Positions 19,594 to 28,498 of a DNA stretch of 64,000 nucleotides are shown piece by piece. The stretch covers positions 1,439 to 65,438 of the forward strand of contig CAVPDE010000029.1 of the NCBI GenBank assembly GCA_963702565.1, written 5' to 3'. The notes beneath the pieces are model-generated. The model ran no database searches. It was not told the DNA's origin and saw only the letters and a program-made list of their open reading frames with translations. The DNA is from an uncultured delta proteobacterium (GTDB lineage Bacteria; Desulfobacterota; DSM-4660; Desulfatiglandales; HGW-15). Position numbers and translations under genes: made by a program. Numbering within the stretch: position 1 is the first letter of the stretch; each line of letters begins with the position of its first letter.

Positions 19594-20061
19594 ATGGCTG
19601 AAATCCGTTGGGCAATGATCCCCGGCGATCTCATCGCGGTTAGAAGTCTTTTCCAGGAGTACGCCGATTCTCTGGATTTCGAGCTGGACTTCCAGGATTT
19701 CAGAGAGGAGATGGAAACCCTGCCGGGAAAATACGCCCCGCCTCTGGGATCTATCCTTTTGGCAAGAGAAAACGGGGAGACGGTGGGCTGTGTCGCAGTG
19801 CGGCCCCTGGGTGAAGACATCTGCGAGATGAAACGTCTCTACGTGAAACCGGCCTGCCGCGGCAAAAGACTGGGCCGGGAACTCGCCCTGGCGATCATCG
19901 AAGAGGCCAAGAGGCTCGGGTACAAGGCGATGAGGCTGGACACGGTCGTTGCCATGAAAGAGGCGTCGGCCCTTTACCGCACTCTCGGATTCCAAACCAT
20001 CGATGCCTATTGCTACAACCCCCTGCCCGACGCCATGTACTTCGAACTGAAATTAGCGTAG
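19594..20061 (+). CDS. GNAT-family N-acetyltransferase
   Basis: EMKRLYVKPACRGKRLGR, MRLDT, LYRTLGF. Confidence 0.92.
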   Translation: MAEIRWAMIPGDLIAVRSLFQEYADSLDFELDFQDFREEMETLPGKYAPPLGSILLARENGETVGCVAVRPLGEDICEMKRLYVKPACRGKRLGRELALAIIEEAKRLGYKAMRLDTVVAMKEASALYRTLGFQTIDAYCYNPLPDAMYFELKLA

Positions 20062-20066
20062 GGCTT

Positions 20067-20115
20067 AGAGCAGAGAGCGAAGAGCAAAGAGCAAAGAGCA
20101 AAGAGCAAAGAGTAA
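20067..20115. repeat. 7-mer tandem repeat (AGAGCAA)7
   Basis: Seven consecutive units between convergent genes. Confidence 0.85.
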
Positions 20116-20121
20116 AAGCCG

Positions 20122-21177
20122 TTAAGAGATGCCGTATTTCTCCTTTAAGATACTGGCGGCTCCTTTGATGTCTTCTTTGATGATGGCGGCGGAGCGTTCG
20201 AGCTGGGTTCGGATGTCCTGCACCGGAAGTTCGTATATTTTTTCAACCCCGTAGGGACCGATCTTCGCAGGCACGCCGAAGCTCATGGAATCGAGGCCGT
20301 CTTCCGGCTTGAGTAGGCCGTACTCGTTTTCGAGGATGGCGATCACGGGCTGCACTTCGGATTCCCCTTTGACAATAGCGCGGAGCATGTCGCACGCTGC
20401 CCTGGCCGGGCCTGCAGAGGCGCTTTGTCCGGTTTCATTCACAAAGTGGGTGCCGCCTTTCTTGGCTTCATCCATCACGTCTCGGATCTTTTGCGCATCA
20501 ACACCGGCAACCCTGATCACGTCCTCCAGGGGAATGCCGCTCACCGAAAAGTAGCGGGGATGAGCCACCATGGAATCCCCGTGTTCGCCGAACACGATGC
20601 CCTGCATGTTCGCGCCGGAGACGCCGAGCACCTGGGAGACCGCATGGCAGATTCTTCTTGTGTCCAGGTTGCCGGCCTGGCCCATGATGTTCTCCCTGGG
20701 AAAGCCGCTCACCTTGTACCCCGCCCACGTCATAGCCGTAACCGGGTTTCCCATATAAATGAGGATCGGGAGATCCTGGGAAGAACAGCCTTCGTAGAGT
20801 TCCCTGATTTGGCGTGAGGTCTCGGCAATCACTTGCGTGTTCATTGCGAGCAGATCTCTCCGGCTCTGGCCTTCTTTTCTCGGAACTCCTACGCCGATAA
20901 AGATGACGTCGAGGCCGGCCATGTCGTCAAGAAAGTTCGTACCGACAAGACGGGGTCTTCGAAGGGCATTCGCTTTGAGATCTTCCACCCACGCGCCGGC
21001 CCTGTTGGGATATTTGTCCGCCGGCCTGCCATAAAAGACCACTTCCTTGCCCAGGCCTTCATCGACAAGCGTGAGCACGACATCCCTGGATACATTTCCG
21101 AATCCCCACACGCCGATCTTGTCTCTTTCCTTGATGCGCTCGATAAATCTGCAAGATCTGGGAGTCTCTGTTTCCAT
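20122..21177 (-). CDS. mdh: Malate dehydrogenase (divergent LDH/MDH family)
   Basis: GFGNV, GVPRKEGQSRRDLL (Arg in the specificity loop indicates MDH), GNP, LDTRR, GEHGDSM. Confidence 0.82.
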   Translation of the reverse strand: METETPRSCRFIERIKERDKIGVWGFGNVSRDVVLTLVDEGLGKEVVFYGRPADKYPNRAGAWVEDLKANALRRPRLVGTNFLDDMAGLDVIFIGVGVPRKEGQSRRDLLAMNTQVIAETSRQIRELYEGCSSQDLPILIYMGNPVTAMTWAGYKVSGFPRENIMGQAGNLDTRRICHAVSQVLGVSGANMQGIVFGEHGDSMVAHPRYFSVSGIPLEDVIRVAGVDAQKIRDVMDEAKKGGTHFVNETGQSASAGPARAACDMLRAIVKGESEVQPVIAILENEYGLLKPEDGLDSMSFGVPAKIGPYGVEKIYELPVQDIRTQLERSAAIIKEDIKGAASILKEKYGIS

Positions 21178-21221
21178 AATGTTCCCTCTTGGCGAATTGT
21201 TAGTGGCTTTCAGACGCATCC

Positions 21222-21294
21222 AACTTAACAACCGCGTTTTTCTATGTCAACGATGATCATTCCCATTGACGTCGCCCAAGGGGTTATCTATCTT
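21222..21294. promoter_or_regulatory. Back-to-back sigma70 promoters for mdh and the nqr-like operon
   Basis: Minus: TTGACA-17-TAAGTT (21250-21222); plus: TTGACG-17-TATCTT (21266-21294). Confidence 0.6.
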
Positions 21295-21360
21295 AGAACG
21301 GTTTATGCTTTGTTGATGACAAAGGGCCGAAGGCATCGCTCACGGGAATAGATCTGCCCC

Positions 21361-22314
21361 ATGGAATTAAGCCGCCCAGAGAAAATCTTCTTGCTGCAGA
21401 AAGTGATGCTCAGGGTCTGCTATGCTTTGATCCCCCTGGTCTTCGCTTCCGTTTATCTTTTTGGGTGGCGGTCGCTTGCCGTGGTCGTGGTGGCCCTCGG
21501 ATTCGGCATCGCGACCGAGGCCCTCTTCACCTTTCGAGAAAAGAAACCCGTCACTTCCGCGGTCTTTGTGACCTCTCTCATCTTCTCCCTTTCCCTTCCC
21601 CCTATGATCCCTTTCTGGATGGCGATTGTCGGGATCGTCGTGGGGGTTGGCCTCGGGAAAATGGTTTTCGGCGGTTTTGGCCAGAATGTCTTTAATCCGG
21701 CCATGGTGGGAAGGTGTTTTCTTTACGTCACCTTTCCCATAGAGATGACCAATCAGTGGGCTACTCCCTTGTGGGGAGGGGCGGCAGGCTTAGGCAGATG
21801 GTCCCTGTCTTTGGACGCGATCACGCAGGCCACGCCTCTGGTGGAATGGCGCAAGGGGATTTCCGTACCGATGGAAGAACTTTTTTTCGGAAATACCGCA
21901 GGTTCGATCGGAGAAACGTCAGCGCTTCTGATCCTTCTGGGTGGCGTCTACCTGATCTACACAAAGGCGGCGCCGTGGCGCTTGGCCGTTTCCTGCCTGA
22001 TCGGCGGCATCCTGCTGAGCAGCGTGCTTCACGGTTTCGGAGCAGCGGGTGTCCCGTCCGCGCTGGTCACGTTGCTCTCAGGATCTTTTCTCTTCGGAAG
22101 CATTTTCGTTGTGACCGAACCCGTCTCGGGTGCAAAGACCCACTACGGCCAGTGGATTTACGGTTTCATGGTGGGAGGCTTAACCGTGGTTTTGAGGGGG
22201 TTCTCCAATTTCCCTGAAGGCATCATGTTCTCCATCCTGATCATGAATGCCTTTGTCCCGCTCATCGACCAGATGGTGAGGCGTGTGCAGGCGGCAAAAA
22301 AGGCGGTGCCATGA
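21361..22314 (+). CDS. NqrB/RnfD-family membrane flavoprotein
   Basis: FGGFGQNVFNPAMVGR, FMN site DAITQATP, GSIGETS. Confidence 0.9.
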   Translation: MELSRPEKIFLLQKVMLRVCYALIPLVFASVYLFGWRSLAVVVVALGFGIATEALFTFREKKPVTSAVFVTSLIFSLSLPPMIPFWMAIVGIVVGVGLGKMVFGGFGQNVFNPAMVGRCFLYVTFPIEMTNQWATPLWGGAAGLGRWSLSLDAITQATPLVEWRKGISVPMEELFFGNTAGSIGETSALLILLGGVYLIYTKAAPWRLAVSCLIGGILLSSVLHGFGAAGVPSALVTLLSGSFLFGSIFVVTEPVSGAKTHYGQWIYGFMVGGLTVVLRGFSNFPEGIMFSILIMNAFVPLIDQMVRRVQAAKKAVP

Positions 22315-22946
22315 AGAAGCGGCTCTACTCCATTGTCTTCATGTTTGCGCTCACCTTTGTCTTCGCAGCCGTGGTGAGCGCGGTGAAAGTGCACAACGAA
22401 GAGAGAATACAGATCAATCAGCAGGTCAAGCTACAGAGGGTTATCCTCAAGGTGCTGGGCGTGCCTGTGGATGAAAAGGCGCCGAACCGGGTGGTGATCC
22501 AGGCTTTTGAGAGGAGAGTGAAAGCAATCGAAGTGAAGCAGCAGACCCTCTATGTGGGATACGGTGAGGGCGGTAAGCAGATCACTGGTTATGCTTTTCC
22601 AGTGGGCGGTGCGGGTTTCTGGGGGCCGGTTTATGGTATGGTGAGCGTGGACCCTGAAGCCTCCCGCATTATGGGAATTGCCTTTTTCAGACACTCGGAG
22701 ACACCGGGGCTCGGGGCAAGGATCACGGAGACTTGGTTCACCAGACAGTTCGCAGGGCTGCCGATCTTCCCTGTGGAGGGGGACAAGAAAATCTTTTTTC
22801 TGAAACCGGCAGGGCCGGGCAAAGGGCCGAATGAACTGGATGCGATCACAGGGGCGACCGGAACGAGCCGCGGGGTGGAAGCCTTTGTTAACCGGGATCT
22901 GGATCGTTTCCTCAGAGAAATGTGGAAACAGGTGAAGAAGGGATAG
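22311..22946 (+). CDS. nqrC: NqrC/RnfG-family FMN-binding subunit
   Basis: GAGFWGP, HSETPGLGARI, DAITGAT. Confidence 0.85.
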   Translation: MKKRLYSIVFMFALTFVFAAVVSAVKVHNEERIQINQQVKLQRVILKVLGVPVDEKAPNRVVIQAFERRVKAIEVKQQTLYVGYGEGGKQITGYAFPVGGAGFWGPVYGMVSVDPEASRIMGIAFFRHSETPGLGARITETWFTRQFAGLPIFPVEGDKKIFFLKPAGPGKGPNELDAITGATGTSRGVEAFVNRDLDRFLREMWKQVKKG

Positions 22947-22949
22947 GAA

Positions 22950-23576
22950 ATGCCCAAACCGTTGAGCAGCAGTCAGATCTTTTTGCAAGGACTCTGGAAT
23001 GACAATCCCGTGCTGAGGCAGATTCTCGGAATCTGCTCCACCCTTGCCGTGACCAACCTGCTCGTGAACACCCTGGTCATGAACGCAGGCCTGATCTTCA
23101 CGGTAGGCATGTCCTCCCTGACGGTCTCCATTCTGAGAAACTACACGCCCATGAAAATCCGGATGATGGCCCAGACGCTCATCATCGCTTCCTACGTCAT
23201 CATCGTGGATATTGCCATCGCCGCTTATCTTCCGGACATCAGCGAGGCCTTGGGGCCTTATGTGGGTCTTATTATTACAAATTGCATTGTCATGGGACGG
23301 TGCGAGGCTTTTGCCATGAAAAACCGGCCCTGGGCTTCGTTCCTGGACGGGCTCGCCATGAGCCTTGGGTATGGGGCGGTACTTTTGATCATCGCGGTCA
23401 TTCGTGAACCCCTTGGGTTCGGGACCCTTCTCGGCTACAGAGTCATGCCCGAGGGTTTTACGCCCTGGACCATCATGATCATGGCGCCGGGCGCCTTTTT
23501 CACCTTAGGCCTCTTTGTGTGGTTTCTGAGGGCCAAGTTCCCTCAGACCGCTGAAGAGAAAAAGCAGGGGCACTGA
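22950..23576 (+). CDS. nqrD: NqrD/RnfE-family subunit
   Basis: QILGICSTLAVT, YVGLIITNCIVMGR. Confidence 0.85.
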   Translation: MPKPLSSSQIFLQGLWNDNPVLRQILGICSTLAVTNLLVNTLVMNAGLIFTVGMSSLTVSILRNYTPMKIRMMAQTLIIASYVIIVDIAIAAYLPDISEALGPYVGLIITNCIVMGRCEAFAMKNRPWASFLDGLAMSLGYGAVLLIIAVIREPLGFGTLLGYRVMPEGFTPWTIMIMAPGAFFTLGLFVWFLRAKFPQTAEEKKQGH

Positions 23577-23577
23577 G

Positions 23578-24171
23578 ATGGTTCAGGTCGACGCGGGAAC
23601 ACTTCTTTTTGCAGCCATCTTTACGAACAACATCCTTCTGACCAATTTCCTGGGATTGTGCCCCTTCCTGGCGATCTCCCGGGAGATCCGGTCGGCCCTA
23701 GGGCTGGGCGCGGCCGTCGTCTTCGTGATGACCTGCACGGCCGTCCTCAACTACCTGGCTTACTATTATGTCCTGCTGCCTTTGAACCTGGACCATTTTC
23801 GCTACATTGTGTTCATCATTATCATCGCCGCCTTTGTCCAACTCGTGGAAATGACCGTTGAGCGATTTTTCCCTGCTCTTTACTACATCCTCGGGATCTT
23901 CTTGCCCCTCATAACGGTGAACTGTGCGATTCTTGGTGCTTCGCTTTTCCTGATTATTCGCGAGTACACCCTGGTCCAATCCATGGCCTATGGGGCTGGA
24001 AGCGGGGCCGGCTGGATGATCGCGATCGTTGCGGTCGGAGCCATCCGGGAAAAGGTTCAGAAGAGCGCGAAGCTTCCCAAAGGGTTGGAGGGTCCGGCGC
24101 TCACCCTGATCATCACAGGGATTATGGCGCTGGCCTTCACGGCATTCAGCGGGATGATACAAATTCAGTAA
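23578..24171 (+). CDS. nqrE: NqrE/RnfA-family subunit
   Basis: FLGLCPFL, FLPLITVNCAILG, AFSG. Confidence 0.82.
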   Translation: MVQVDAGTLLFAAIFTNNILLTNFLGLCPFLAISREIRSALGLGAAVVFVMTCTAVLNYLAYYYVLLPLNLDHFRYIVFIIIIAAFVQLVEMTVERFFPALYYILGIFLPLITVNCAILGASLFLIIREYTLVQSMAYGAGSGAGWMIAIVAVGAIREKVQKSAKLPKGLEGPALTLIITGIMALAFTAFSGMIQIQ

Positions 24172-24220
24172 GAATGGAGTGATGGAGTGCTCCAATGCTT
24201 TACGACCAACTGACCCTCTC

Positions 24221-25324
24221 ATGCTTTCGATAGTTATCAGCCTTCTGATCCTGAGCGGGATCGCGGCGCTGCTGGCCCTCTTCCTCGAAATCGCCGACTC
24301 CTATCTGGCCGACTACGGGGAAATGAAGATCCTCGTCAATGAGCAGAAACAATTGGTCGTTGAAGGAGGGAGGCCTTTGCTTTCCACCCTCATGGGCCAG
24401 GGAATTTTCATCCCCTCTGCGTGCGGAGGCAAAGGCACTTGCTCCTATTGCAAAGTGAAAGTTCTGGAGGGGGGCGGCCCGGTGCTCCCCACGGAGACCC
24501 CTTATCTGTCTCCGGATGAACTGAACACTCAGGTCAGGCTTTCATGCCAGGTCAAAGTCAAGGACAACCTGAAGATCGAGATTCCGGAAGAGCTGTTCCT
24601 GGTGAAGGAATACCGGGTCAGGGTGGAAAGTATCCGTGACCTGACTCCGGAGATCAAGAGCATTCGCCTTGCCATTTTATCCCCGGAAGAGGGAATCGCT
24701 TTCAAGGCCGGACAATATGTCCAGTTCGAGGTCCCAAAATACCAGCGCACCAGCGGCCCGGAGTATCGCGCCTACAGCATCTCTTCGGACGCTGGAGATC
24801 ACCATTCCCTGGAACTCGTCATCACCAAGGTTCCTCAAGGAGCCGTGACCACTTACGTGCACGACTTCCTGAAGAAGGGAGAGGATCTAAGAGCCACCGG
24901 ACCCTACGGGAAATTCTATCTGAGGAATTCGGACAGGGACATTCTCTTTATAGCGACCGGGTCGGGCATGGCTCCGATAAAATCCATGCTTCACCAGGTT
25001 GAGCATGAACAAATCCGGAAAAAGGTTCAATTTTTCTTCGGGGCAAGAACACCAAAAGATCTCTACTACCAGGAGGAACTCCTCGCATGGGAGAAAACGC
25101 TCCCTGACTTCAACTATGTGCCCACCCTTTCCCGGCCTCCGGAGGAGGAGCATTGGCAGGGCGAAAAGGGCAGAGTGACCAACCTCATCGACAAACACAT
25201 CCCTGAAGGAGCGAACATCGACGTCTACATCTGCGGGTCGCCGGCAATGATAGATTCGTGCGCGGAGATTCTGAAAAAGAAGAAAATCCCTGAGGACCGC
25301 ATTTTCTTCGATAAGTTCGCATAG
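24221..25324 (+). CDS. nqrF: NqrF-like membrane-anchored 2Fe-2S/FAD/NAD(H) subunit
   Basis: N-terminal TM; SACGGKGTCSYC...RLSCQ; RAYS; GPYG; TGSGMAP; YICGSP; FDKF. Confidence 0.85.
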   Translation: MLSIVISLLILSGIAALLALFLEIADSYLADYGEMKILVNEQKQLVVEGGRPLLSTLMGQGIFIPSACGGKGTCSYCKVKVLEGGGPVLPTETPYLSPDELNTQVRLSCQVKVKDNLKIEIPEELFLVKEYRVRVESIRDLTPEIKSIRLAILSPEEGIAFKAGQYVQFEVPKYQRTSGPEYRAYSISSDAGDHHSLELVITKVPQGAVTTYVHDFLKKGEDLRATGPYGKFYLRNSDRDILFIATGSGMAPIKSMLHQVEHEQIRKKVQFFFGARTPKDLYYQEELLAWEKTLPDFNYVPTLSRPPEEEHWQGEKGRVTNLIDKHIPEGANIDVYICGSPAMIDSCAEILKKKKIPEDRIFFDKFA

Positions 25325-25361
25325 AACCACTTGGCCTTTGGAGTTAACTCATTGTCGTCTA

Positions 25362-25389
25362 TTGACAATCCCGGCCTGCTATATAGATT
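25362..25389 (+). promoter_or_regulatory. Probable sigma70 promoter
   Basis: TTGACA-16-TAGATT upstream of the flavoprotein-kor operon. Confidence 0.45.
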
Positions 25390-25453
25390 TACAACATTGT
25401 TCATTGAATCCTAAACAAAAGCGAAGACCAATCACGAAAACAAGAAGTCAACT

Positions 25454-25662
25454 GCTGTCGGCGAAGCCGACAGCCTGAGGGACAAAGGGGCAGAGGCACA
25501 AAGGCACAAAGCAGCAAAGCAAAACAGGGGACACAGACACACAGGCACAGAGGGAGAAAGCGGAAGACTTCTTTTTTGCGCTTACCCTTTGCATCGTTGT
25601 CCCTTTGTCACTTTGTCCCTTTCTTCTGCTCTGTGCCTATGTGCCTTTGCATCTTTGTGCCT
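25454..25662. repeat. GAA-loop hairpin plus nested inverted 8-mer tandem-repeat arms
   Basis: GCTGTCGGC-GAA-GCCGACAGC; GGCACAAA-type arms at 25479-25519 and 25528-25560; CTTTGTGC-type arms at 25587-25620 and 25629-25662. Confidence 0.85.
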
Positions 25663-25745
25663 GCATCGTGTGCACAGAAACCAAGCTGAGGTCTTCGCCT
25701 AAAGGCGTTTTTCTCACCTTAAGCTTTGCATCTCATGAGGATGAC

Positions 25746-27488
25746 ATGACCAAACAAGTCGTTTACTCATCCAGCCCTGAAGATTTCTATTACATGGACG
25801 TGAATGTCCCATGCCAAGCTGCCTGCCCCGCCGCAACGAACATTCCAGCCTATATCCGGGCCCTCTTCGAAGGCCGATACGATGGGTCTTACGCCATCAA
25901 CCACATGGCCAACCTGCTGCCCGGTGTCCTGGGCCGCATCTGTTCCCGTCCCTGCGAAGACAAGTGCCGCCATGGAGAGCCGGAACTGGGCCGGCCCGTG
26001 AACATCTGTCACATCAAGAGAGCGGCGGCGGACTTGAGAAGAAAAGGGCCGCCTCCGGAACCGGGCCCTTTCGCGTCGCTTGGCAAAAGGGTGGCTGTGG
26101 TGGGGGCAGGCCCTGCAGGGCTTGCAGCAGCCCATGACTTGGCTACGCTCGGAGTCGCCGTGACACTCTACGAAGCTTTTGAAAAGGGAGGCGGAATGCT
26201 CCGGTACGGGATCCCGGAGTTCCGGCTGCCCAGAGAGGTCCTTGAAGAAGAAATCGATTATGTCGTACGCACAGGAGCTGTTCTCAAGACCGGGGTGAGG
26301 GTCGGAATCGATGTGGCAATAGAAAATCTCCTGAAGGAGCATGATGCGGTTCTCCTTGCGGCAGGATGTTACCGGTCGCTGCGGCTCGACCTGCCAGGTG
26401 AAGAGCTCGCGGGAGTCTATCCTGGCTTGGAATTCATGATGCAGGTCTGCGCAGGAAAGCCTCCCAGTGTCGGGAACAGGGTGCTCGTCATCGGCGCGGG
26501 GTTCACGGCTTTTGACTGTGCGCGGTCCGCCCTTCGGCTGGGTGCGCAAGACGTGACCATCTGCCTCAGACGAACGGAAGAGGATCTGGAGGTCACCAAA
26601 GACGAAGTGATCGAGACAAAGACAGAGGGCGTCAAGATCGCATCTCTCATGCTTTCCCGAAGAATCCTCGGGAAGGAACGCGTTGAAGGGGTGGAGTTTG
26701 TCAGGACACGGCCCGGCGAAAAAAGAGCGAAAGGCAAGGGCGAGGTTGCGGCCATCGAGGGAAGTGAATTTGTTCTCCCTGCAGACGCTGTCATCGTGGC
26801 CACGGGCCAACGGCCTGAGCCGCTTCGCCTGACGCTAGGAGACAACAAAGAAGAAGTCCTGAAGGCCGACCCGGATTCCTTTTCCTCTTCGATGAAGGGG
26901 CTCTACGTGGCCGGCGACTACCTCTCCGGGCCTTCAACCGTGATCCAGGCGGTCGGAATGGGGCGAAGGGCAGCAGAAAGGATCCTTCGAGACCTGACAG
27001 GCAAGGCGTTCCGGGACAAAGCAGTGCGCATGGAGGAAACGCAAATCACCGACCGCAAGCGCGCCTGGGATTATGTTCCAAGGCAGGAAATGCCTACGGT
27101 TCAGCCCGTACAGGAGCGTATCCGCACTCCGAGGAGCGAAGTGGAAACAGGCTTGTCTCCGGAGCAGGCGCAGGAGGAGTCGAAACGCTGCTACCTCTGC
27201 TATCTCCATTACGAAATTGACATCAGCCGCTGCATCTACTGCCGATACTGTATCGACGTCGCTCCCAGGGATTGCATCAAGCTGGTCAAAGAAGTGAAAA
27301 CCAATGAAGCCGGCGCCATCACCGCTTTTACGGAAACAACCCGTTGGGCCGAGGTCAATGCGATTATGATCGACAATTCCCGATGCATTCGATGCGGGGA
27401 GTGCATGCGGGTGTGCCCGGTGAACTGCATCTCAGTGACCAAGGTGGAACTCACAGAGCGAATGGCGCAGGGAGGGGACCATGTCTGA
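25746..27488 (+). CDS. GltD/NfnB-like FAD Fe-S oxidoreductase with C-terminal 2x[4Fe-4S]
   Basis: PCQAACP, GRICSRPCE, GAGPAG, GIPEFRLP, GAGFTAFD, CIYCRYC, CIRCGECMRVCP. Confidence 0.88.
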   Translation: MTKQVVYSSSPEDFYYMDVNVPCQAACPAATNIPAYIRALFEGRYDGSYAINHMANLLPGVLGRICSRPCEDKCRHGEPELGRPVNICHIKRAAADLRRKGPPPEPGPFASLGKRVAVVGAGPAGLAAAHDLATLGVAVTLYEAFEKGGGMLRYGIPEFRLPREVLEEEIDYVVRTGAVLKTGVRVGIDVAIENLLKEHDAVLLAAGCYRSLRLDLPGEELAGVYPGLEFMMQVCAGKPPSVGNRVLVIGAGFTAFDCARSALRLGAQDVTICLRRTEEDLEVTKDEVIETKTEGVKIASLMLSRRILGKERVEGVEFVRTRPGEKRAKGKGEVAAIEGSEFVLPADAVIVATGQRPEPLRLTLGDNKEEVLKADPDSFSSSMKGLYVAGDYLSGPSTVIQAVGMGRRAAERILRDLTGKAFRDKAVRMEETQITDRKRAWDYVPRQEMPTVQPVQERIRTPRSEVETGLSPEQAQEESKRCYLCYLHYEIDISRCIYCRYCIDVAPRDCIKLVKEVKTNEAGAITAFTETTRWAEVNAIMIDNSRCIRCGECMRVCPVNCISVTKVELTERMAQGGDHV

Positions 27489-28497
27489 CGAGCATTTCAT
27501 CGTGATCGGAAACGGTCCGGCAGGTCACCACGCCGCAGTGACCTTGCGGCTCGAGGCGCCGGGAGAGCGCATCACCCTGATCAGCAAGGACCCGCACGGG
27601 TGTTACCGGCCCCATCTCCTGCCCAAGTGGATCAGCGGCAACATCAAGGAAGAGGCCCTCTATGTGTGTCCGGTGGAAGAGTACAGGAACATGGCCATAA
27701 AACTCCGGAACGGGCAGAAGGTGGTCGCCCTGAATCCCGGCAAAAGAGAACTCATTCTGGATCACAAGGAAGTGCTCCGGTTCAGCGGCCTCGTCCTTGC
27801 TGTAGGCGGAAAACCGAGAATCCCTGAACCTCTTCTGAACTTCAGGGACGTTCTCTTCACCCTCAAAACGATGGAAGAGGCCAGAGTCTGGAGGGAGGAA
27901 GTTCCTCAGGTGGATTCGGTGCTCATGATGGGCGGAGACCTGACCTCGCTGGCCGTCACCAAGGCGCTCTTGAGCCTGGGCAAGAAGATTCACTTCATGG
28001 TGAATGAAGAGGCCTTCTGGCCGTTGCGGTGGAGTCAGTCGCTTTTCGAGGAGATGTCTCACCGGCTCCGGCAAAAGGGGGTGGAAGTCCTGGCGGATCA
28101 GCGGATAAAAGGGATCACGCGAAAAGGGGATCGCGACTATGAGGTCCAGGTCGGCAACCAGACGGTGCGCGTAGGCATGATCGGAGCCTTTTTCGGCCTC
28201 ACCCCGGATGTGCGATTCCTGGCAGGCTCCGGACTTCGGCTGGATCGCGGCATCCTTGTGGACGAATACCTGAACACGGGTTTCAATGGGGTTTATGCCA
28301 CCGGCGATTGCGCCCAGATCTATCATCCTGAGCTGCGCGACTACTGGGTCTCCATCGGTCATGACAATGCCCTCAACCTGGGCCGCACCGCCGCTCTGAA
28401 TCTGGTGGGAAACACGGTGAAAGCGGAAACCGCGGGGAAATGCATCTATGAGGTTCAGGGCATCAGGTTGAACACCTCGTGGTGGACGGAGTTTTGA
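27481..28497 (+). CDS. FAD-dependent oxidoreductase (rubredoxin/NirB-reductase fold)
   Basis: GNGPAG, LAVGG, YATGDCA; degenerate second Rossmann motif (GGDLTS). Confidence 0.8.
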   Translation: MSDEHFIVIGNGPAGHHAAVTLRLEAPGERITLISKDPHGCYRPHLLPKWISGNIKEEALYVCPVEEYRNMAIKLRNGQKVVALNPGKRELILDHKEVLRFSGLVLAVGGKPRIPEPLLNFRDVLFTLKTMEEARVWREEVPQVDSVLMMGGDLTSLAVTKALLSLGKKIHFMVNEEAFWPLRWSQSLFEEMSHRLRQKGVEVLADQRIKGITRKGDRDYEVQVGNQTVRVGMIGAFFGLTPDVRFLAGSGLRLDRGILVDEYLNTGFNGVYATGDCAQIYHPELRDYWVSIGHDNALNLGRTAALNLVGNTVKAETAGKCIYEVQGIRLNTSWWTEF

Positions 28498-28498
28498 T

